37,595 nt of DNA, taken from the NCBI GenBank assembly GCA_000708835.1, contig DF237681.1:1-37595 (forward strand). Direction: 5' to 3'. The position numbers and the translations under genes are program-made. The stretch is from Klebsormidium nitens. Its lineage: Eukaryota; Plantae; Klebsormidiophyceae. Below are positions 30,338 through 37,595 of this stretch, piece after piece. The notes under the pieces are model-generated. The model saw nothing but the letters and a program-made list of their open reading frames with translations, was not told the DNA's origin and made no database searches. Position 1 is the first letter of the stretch. The number at the start of each line of letters is the position of its first letter.

Positions 30338-33300
30338 ATGGCTCAACAAGTTGAGCCGAAGGAAATTTTTCCTGAGGGCCAGGAAGGGGGAAATGAAAAT
30401 CATGAAGAAGTTCCGCGGGATGAGTTAGCAAGGGAAGCCCCTCTTGCCCTAGGTCAAAATGCTGATCTTCAACACCAAGGTGCTGAAGGAAGACCGGCAG
30501 AAGGGCAAGGGGAAAATCCTGTTGTGCATGGGTTAGGAAATGTTGAGTTTGCTGGGGGGCATGCTGCCCAGCAAAATGGCGGGGATATGGGAGATTTGCC
30601 TCAGCAGGGAAACAATGGGCAAAGGGGCAATCCTGCTTTGCCCGTGCATGCAAATCAACCGGGTGTGATACGTTCCCCGGGAGAGTTTAGGAGGGCTGCT
30701 TCTGTGTCTGGTCCGGTTCGGATGCCTCAAGCCCAAGGGCCTGTGGGCTATCCGCCTTTCTTTCCGCCACCTTTTGGGCTACAGCCGGTTGCTCCTAGAT
30801 CCGTGGTGCTGCCCAAAATCGATTTGCCGCACTTTAAGGGGGAGAAGGGAACTGCGGCGGAAGTCTGGATTGCCCATTTGACCAGATATTGGAGATTCTA
30901 CGGACTCTCCGATGGGCAAATGGTGGAACTAGCTCGGATTTTTTGTAAAGGGGATTATGCTAGTGTCTGTGCCAGTATGTTGGACGATGACCTTGAGTTT
31001 TCTGAGTTTCTGAAGATGTACCGCTCGGAGTTTGTGGATGAAAACGAGGAGAAGCTGAAGCGGGTTTTGCTCGATTTGAAGTGTACGAAGTCTGTTGGAG
31101 AGTACGCCACAGAGGTTTTGCGTCTGGTCAAGACCTTGCAAATACCTCTGGCTAAACAGGTCCGCGAGTTTTCAAAGGAACTTCCCTATGGATTCCGCAA
31201 TATAATAGATTCCCGCAAGCCGAAATCGATTGCGGAAGCCATTCATATTGTGAAAGAGGAGGAGAGGAAGTATGAGAATTCTGCAGCGGATCCTTTCGGA
31301 AATGCAGTAGCGGATTTGAATAAAAAGGTGCAGAGGAGAGTTGATGAGGGTTTGCAAGCTGGGTTACAGCGAATGCAGGCCTTGCGTATGTCTGGGGTTG
31401 CTGCTGGAGGGGGTGCTCCTGCGGGAAATCCCCCTCCGACCTTTTTGACCGCTGCTAATGCTGTTTCGCTGGGAGCTGTGCATTTCGCCGCGGCGGCACA
31501 GCCTGGTCATTTTCCGTCTCGACCTAAGGGTCAGGGAAACGGAAGAGTTTTTGATGGTTATTCTGGTACGAAGGCGCCTCCTTTATGAGGAAGGTGCCCG
31601 AAATGTTTGCAGACTGGACATTCTATCAAGCAATGCAAGAATTTGGCTGCCATTGAGCTTCATTCTTGTTGCAATTTTTACGGTCGCCGCCGTTTCGAGT
31701 GTGTCAATAACCCCACGGGGTCTCGTCCAAAGGGAGCCGCGGCTTCAGGCGGAAACGTAAATTACTTTTCGGTATCTTCTGCTGAGGACTCTGAACAGCC
31801 AAATATCGCTGACGAGGATTTGTATCCGGTCGACGTTGAGGTTGGAGAGTTTGGATGTGATGAGGAGCTGTCCGGTTCTGAGGATGGTTATACTTCGTCG
31901 GAAGACGAGTTCGGAGAGATGTATCTTGGTCCGCGCGTTTCTGAGGGGCGCCGCTTTGAGAAGCTTCCTCCGTTGTCACGACAACCTTTGCGGAAGCCTC
32001 TTTCCGCAGAGGAAAAAGCGAAGCGATATAAGACGCGCGTGTCCAATCGCGAAGAGCGGCAACGGAAGAACACGCAGATTATTTCTTTGATTCTTAAGGA
32101 TGCAGGCCCACAGTTAGCCGCTCACCGGGACTATGCGAACTTTCGTACCGATCTTCACCGTTATATTGATGATCTTTTCAGTCACGAGCGCCGGAATTGT
32201 TCCGAGGAACGCCCGGCAGCGGTGAGGTCAGCTGCGCATGTTGCTCAGCCGGCCGCGGCCGGGGAGGGGCGACCCGCGAAGCGCTCGCGCACTGAGGTGA
32301 CCGCGCCCGCGGCCGCGATGCACCTCAAAGTCGACATTGATCCCGGTGTAGACAGAACGAACTATCAAACTGAGGTTACTCTGCAGATTGACGACGCTGA
32401 GAACAACCCACATCGCAAGCGCGCGATAGTGGATTTTGGAGCCACGTCATCCGGGATTAATGAGAAACTTGTGGAACGTCTTGGTCTTTCTTATCAAATT
32501 CGCCCAACTTCGTACAAATACAGAACAGCGGGTGGAGATGTTCAGTGGGCGAGAGGCGTTGTGCGTCTTACTTTGAGGCTGGGTCCGATTTCTGTGAAGA
32601 CTTGGGTTTTAGTAATGGCGCGGGCGTGCAACTTCAACCTTCTGTTGGGGAATGAGATTCTTACGGTGTTGCACGCGGATATTCTCCGCAGTAGAAATCA
32701 AGTTCGTTTTCAGTAGGCGTCCACGGTCGTGTATTTGCCTCTGCTTCCAAGAGAGGAGAAGGATGGAGCGGAGGCAATTTATCGGATCACGTCTGCGGAC
32801 GTTCCGGACGGTTGGGTTACCGCTAACCCTCCTCAGATTTCTGTGCCAAAAAAACGGGTTACGGGCCGTGGGGAAGAGGCGACGGCGTCGTACCGCCCGT
32901 CAGTAGACCACGGCCCGATTCTCAACGGCTTTATTGTCACCGATTTTGCAGAATGCAAGCAGGCCTACACGTGGGCACGCGGGGTTTACGGGAGGCGGAC
33001 GCGCGCGCGGCTTCGGACGCTCGGCCGACGGTGGGGAAGGCGGAACACGTTCCAGCCCTTCAGGTGGGTAGTGCCTCAGGGTGCTTCCGAACCCCCCACT
33101 TCGTTACGCCGCATTTTTATCCAAGCCGTTGAGCCTCCAGTACCGCCTTCGCCAGCTTCACAACCCTATACTGAAGAAGAGATTGAGAGTGTAGTAGCCG
33201 CAATCAAGTTCGGGGCCGAACTTTCTGAGGAGGAGAGGGCGCACCTGGAAGGAGTAATCCGCAAGCGGATCCAGGCGTTTAGTCGAGACGATGCGGAAAT

Positions 33301-34700
33301 GGGCTACACTACTTTGATCCAGTGTGAGATTGATCTCTCGAATCAAAGTCCGGTCCAGTTTAAACCTTATAAGCTTTCGTTTCACGAGCAAAAGGAGGCA
33401 ATAAAGATGATCGAGCAGCTCTTACGAGAGCGCGCAATTGCGCCGTCGAAATCAGACTGGGCGTCGCCTGCCTTTTTAGTGGAGAAGCCGAACCGACGTA
33501 CCGGGGCATTATCGGATGGTGGTTGATCTCAGAGAGGTAAACAACCGGTGCAAAGATTGGAAGATTCCGCTGCCGCCAATTGAGGATCTTTTGCATCAGT
33601 TGGGCCAGTCTGATTTGTTCTGCGTGATGGATATTACGCGGGGATTTTGGAATGTGCCCTTGACGCCGGAGTCCAGGAAGTATACGGCCTTTACTCTTCG
33701 GAATATCGGCCTGTCTGAATACCTGGTCATGCCCATGGGCTTGAAAAATGCTCCGGCGACTTTTGTTCGTCTCTGTGAGTTGGTCTTTCCAAAGTCTGAA
33801 TTTAATGACTCCCTGCAAGTGGTCATTGATGACCTCTGTTGCCACGGCAAGGGAGTGAGTCAACTTGCGGAAAGACTAGACCGAGTTTTGGAACGGGTGA
33901 TTTGGGCGAACTTGAAGTTGCATCCGCAGAAGTCCTCGATAGCGGTAAAGGAAGTGGATTATTTAGGGCACACAATCTTCCATGGAGGATTTAAAGTGAG
34001 CCCAAAAAAGGCTGCGGCCGTCCGCAACCTGACTCCGCCGACCAATCTAAAGGAGTTGCAGGCTGTGAACGGCATGTTTCAATATTTCCGCTCTTTCATC
34101 AAAGACTTCTCGAAGATTGCCCGTCCGCTGACGGTCATGCTGTCCCCTTCAGTCCCATACGTGTGGACTGAGAAGTGTCAGGCTGCTTTAGAGTACTTGA
34201 AAGACCGGCTATGTTCAGAGCCGATTCTTACTCGTTCTCGTCCTGAGCTTCCGTGCATCCTGGATTGTGATTTTCAGGGGCGCACGTTGGGGGTGGTTTT
34301 GAGCCAGAAGCATAACGGAGAAGTTAGAGAGCGAGTGATTGCCTACGGGTCTCGCACTTTAACTAAGCAGGAGCTCCGCTATACGACGACGGAGGGGGAG
34401 TTGCTTGCGTTGTTGCACGGGCTGACTACTTTCCGAGTCTATCTAAATTACGGTCCGCGGTTTTTGGTTCGGACGGATCATTGGGCGTTGAAGTGGCTGC
34501 GAAAGCTTCAACCTACGACCGGCCGCTTGGCTCGGTGGCTATACACGTTAGATCAGGACTTTCAGTTTGACATCGAGCATCGTCCTGGCAGGCTGCACAA
34601 GGTTCCGGATGGCCTATCTCGCGCTCCGGCACTCCATCTTCGCAGGACGTTATTGAAGAATTGCCAGAGGACGAGGACACCCTTTGAGGAGGATCGGTAG
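30338..34700 (+). pseudogene. gag-pol polyprotein of family C with two in-frame stops and one frameshift
   Basis: ORFs 30323-31588, 31607-32716 and 32729-33526 share one frame, separated by single TGA (31586-31588) and TAG (32714-32716). Frameshift near 33508 into the RT-RNase H ORF 33516-34700. Confidence 0.88.
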
Positions 34701-35299
34701 GACTTTTAACCCTGAATTTCTCTGCGGAGTGCTTTCAGGGCGTCTTTTGGTGTCGTGATGCCAGTGATTCCGCCGGAGCTGAGGAATGCCTTTTCCTCAG
34801 TAAAGTAGGTTTCATGGCCGAAAGTGAGGCTTCACGGCCGGGTTACTCGGTTCGGTGAATTTCGGTGCTCATTCTTTTCCTTTCTGACCTTTCACGGAAG
34901 CGTCTGATAGGATGACACGTGGCAGCCGGAGTGTTTGATTCTGGAATTCCGCAATGGTCTTACGTGGCGAGCCATGGCTTGCCGACGGAAAAGGACCGGT
35001 CGGATCCGTTCTGGTGGAGGAAGACGAGTGACGGGGCGTCACAATTGTGTGAAGGGGTGAGGAGCTAATGACGATTGGGAAACCTTGGGTGACACGTCAC
35101 CCAATGGTTAAAGAACATGGCGATCGGAAGCTTGTTGTTTTTTCTTGCCGTTTTTTCCGATCTTTTCGGATGCTTTCGGGGGCTAATGACGCTAGAAAGC
35201 TGAGGGCGAGACGCCGTCAACGCTTACAGGCCTGACGGTCGGAAGCTTCCCGTTTGTCCGGTTCTTTGCGGATGCTTTCAAGAAGGTGTCCGGAGGATG

Positions 35300-35910
35300 C
35301 TTAGTAACTTTCTTTTGATTGGCTTAACATGGGTGCGTCCGTGAAGACAACACCTGTGGCCAAGGCCAAAGATAGGTGTAGAGTGACCCTGAAACTGCGG
35401 GGGAAGCCCGCAGGTTTCTCGTGTCCAGCTTAGACGCGTATGCGAAGTTCCCCGTGACCAGTGTTTGAGTTCAATGTGATTTCGGACGATGGACAGTCCG
35501 TGAGGATGCCGCTCGGTGGCAATTGCCACCACTCTTCGGAGCAAGCGAATCCTGAGATACTAACAGTCTTGGTTGAACCATGCTTCTGTTAAGAGTACGA
35601 TCTTTTTTTGAGAAAGCGTCTGTGAAGATTGCGCCAGTGGCCAAAGCCAGGACCGGCAATAGATTGCTCTCTGAAACTGCGGTGGAAGTCCGCAAGTTCC
35701 TTCGCTTTTCTTAGACGCGTACGTTAGCACCATTTTAATTGGGGCTGCGGCGAAATTAGTGTTTGCATGGCGGACCGTCCGTGAGGAAGGAGTCCGGTGG
35801 CGGTTGTCACCATTCCCCGTAGCAGACGATCCCTGAGGTATCGGTCGCCACTTGAAAAGCTTTTCTCGGAAAGTGCTCTGAAGGTCCGGATAGCGTCTGT
35901 GAGGAAAAAG
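35300..35910. repeat. Diverged tandem repeat, ~2.2 x ~281 bp
   Basis: Anchors recur at 281-bp spacing: GCGTCYGTGAAGA at 35335/35616 (related copy at 35893), TTAGACGCGTA at 35430/35711, GTCCGTGAGGA at 35496/35777. Confidence 0.75.
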
Positions 35911-36356
35911 CGGCTGAGAAGCTTGTATTTTCTCATGTCCGCAGTCAAATTGGATTCCGAGGCGAGCTCTTCTGCGATTGAAAATCTTGGCTAGTCGGTC
36001 CGTGACGAGAAAGCGTTATGAGGGTTGGTCCCTCAATGACCACACTCGTGCTGGAACCGAGACGACTTGGCCCAACAATTTGTTTGTAATGAGTATTCGC
36101 AGTCGCACGCGTCGATGATGTAGGCGAGGCTCTGCAGACAAGCCGCAGACGTATTCGCACACGGAAGGATCTGAGATGATGGTTGTGCGGACCAGTGAGC
36201 GTTTTAGGAGGGCGTATCTTTATTAGCACAGTTCAGTCTGCCAGGATCGCAGGGCGCTCGAATAAGGATTCATTTCTCCTCTCGCCTTCGTTCAGGACGA
36301 CCAGGAAGCTGCTGCGGCGGTGTTCCGGGCTCGGCGGTGAACGTGATCTTCAGAGG

Positions 36357-37002
36357 CACAACCCGTCCCTGGTAAATTTGGTAGTGTCGAGACTTTACGG
36401 TCGGACCGTCGGATGAGCAATCCGACGGCCGAATATGTGTTTTGATCGGCTGACACTGTGAACGCGAAAATCCTCCAATGTCACGAACCAACTTTTTAAG
36501 CAGCCCAATACAGCGCTTTCAAGATAACGGAGGCCGCAAACTCAAAAAGGTCACCATGCCGATTGCGCAAAATGTCCACCAAATGTTGTGCTGATTAGTG
36601 CCAACATTAGCACGCATATAGACGATGCTTCATTGCAATTTAAAGCTTCTGAAAAGATGGAAAGCCCTGAAAACAAGAGTAGGCTTCCTACAATGCTTAG
36701 CGACCCCTAGCTCTTAGTCGTGAACATTCAAGACTGCCGTCGGCCGTGCTTCAAAATACGCAGTAAGGCGTCGCAGAATCACTCTATAAATTTGACTCCG
36801 GCTAAGACTCGACCGGTGACGTCATCAGTTCCGACCGTACGACTCCAATTCTGTACGGCCCGTGGGCCGGCGACACTACCTCGACTCGATGAGTATTAAT
36901 AGGGACCAAAACTTTCGCCGCACAAGACTTGACACAATGCCAAACTGGCCGACCAAGTTCGTCCTAGATGTCTACCCCTCCAGTGAGGCCGGACTGGTCG
37001 TG
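36357..37002 (+). mobile_element. Second copy of the CACGACC-ended MITE, 646 bp, GG duplication
   Basis: GG|CACAACCCGTCCCTGG...GGACTGGTCGTG|GG. Shared blocks with the reverse complement of 8271-8981 include AAATTTGGTAGTGTCG, GCAGCCCAATACAGCG and CACTCTATAAATTTGA. Confidence 0.85.
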
Positions 37003-37595
37003 GGCGGCGGACGGAAGGCGGCCAACGGCGGGCGGTGTCCTTTGCGAAGGGAAGCGCGTCGAATCCGGCTCTGGGCGTCTGTGGGAAGGGGCCGGGGAAA
37101 ATCATCTTGTCCACGGACTGGTGAGAAAACGTCCTTTTGCCTTGTGCCCCGCACGGAATGAAATGAATTGTGATCCACGGATATCTTTCTTTTTCTGATC
37201 GCCTTCAGAGTCCTTCCAGTCCCACTGTTTCTGAAAGACGGCCTGTTTTAGGAAGCAGGGCGAGGCTTGAGAGTTGGAGAATATCACCTTTTCGAAGCGG
37301 TACGACTTTTGATCCCAGAGCGGCAGCATAATTTCGCTACGGCTAACGATAGAAGTGGACCAAAGCGGAGCGACTGAGTGAAAATCGCAGAATTCCGCCG
37401 GAACAAGACACTACATTGACCATCCCGTTGTCAAAAAGCGCACTTTAACTAGGTACATTTCGGGGTCCCGAACTTTCCGCTGGCTGGGGCTGGCACCGTC
37501 CGATGAGTGCCACGTATAGGGACCGAGTCCAAGTCTGTCAGAATTGCACTTGTACACTGCGGCAGTACTTTCTCCGTCGAGTGTACTCGGAAAAT

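Larger units (their letters stand above)
29490..34790 (+). mobile_element. Second Ty3/gypsy family (C): putative 5' LTR, PBS, gag-ZnK-PR-RT-RH, truncated at the integrase start
   Basis: Family A homology stops at 29489/29490 and TGTGACG begins. PBS at 29926-29943. Gag from ATG 30338; CPKCLQTGHSIKQC knuckle; AIVDFGATSS protease; RT with VIDD; RNase H to HKVPDGLSR; VIPPELR at 34764-34784 then no integrase. No 3' LTR found. Confidence 0.88.

Overview
Eukaryotic, transposon-dense window with GT-AG introns and four N gaps (21018-21586, 27115-27134, 27859-27878, 28478-29109). The tRNAi-Met PBS and chromoviral gypsy elements suggest a green-lineage, possibly algal, genome (inference only). The one apparently intact host gene is a 3-exon GT71/Mannosyl_trans3-type glycosyltransferase (minus strand, 14278-17629, 601 aa as I spliced it) with an unassigned ~180-aa C-terminal extension. 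The rest is nested mobile DNA: several fragments of one Ty3/gypsy chromovirus family; a second, non-chromoviral gypsy with an 18-nt tRNA-Leu-like PBS; a 432-bp TRIM with hairpin-rich LTRs and a tRNA T-arm-like internal motif; and four non-autonomous TIR families (8-bp TSD with palindromic minisatellite arrays, 2 copies; 2-bp GG TSD with CACGACC ends, 2 copies; PIF/Harbinger with TTA TSD; CACTAGG-ended MITE). There is also an orphan gag-like ORF behind an array of dyad motifs, and two decayed spliced genes of unknown family. Alignments, identities and family assignments were made by eye; no searches were run.
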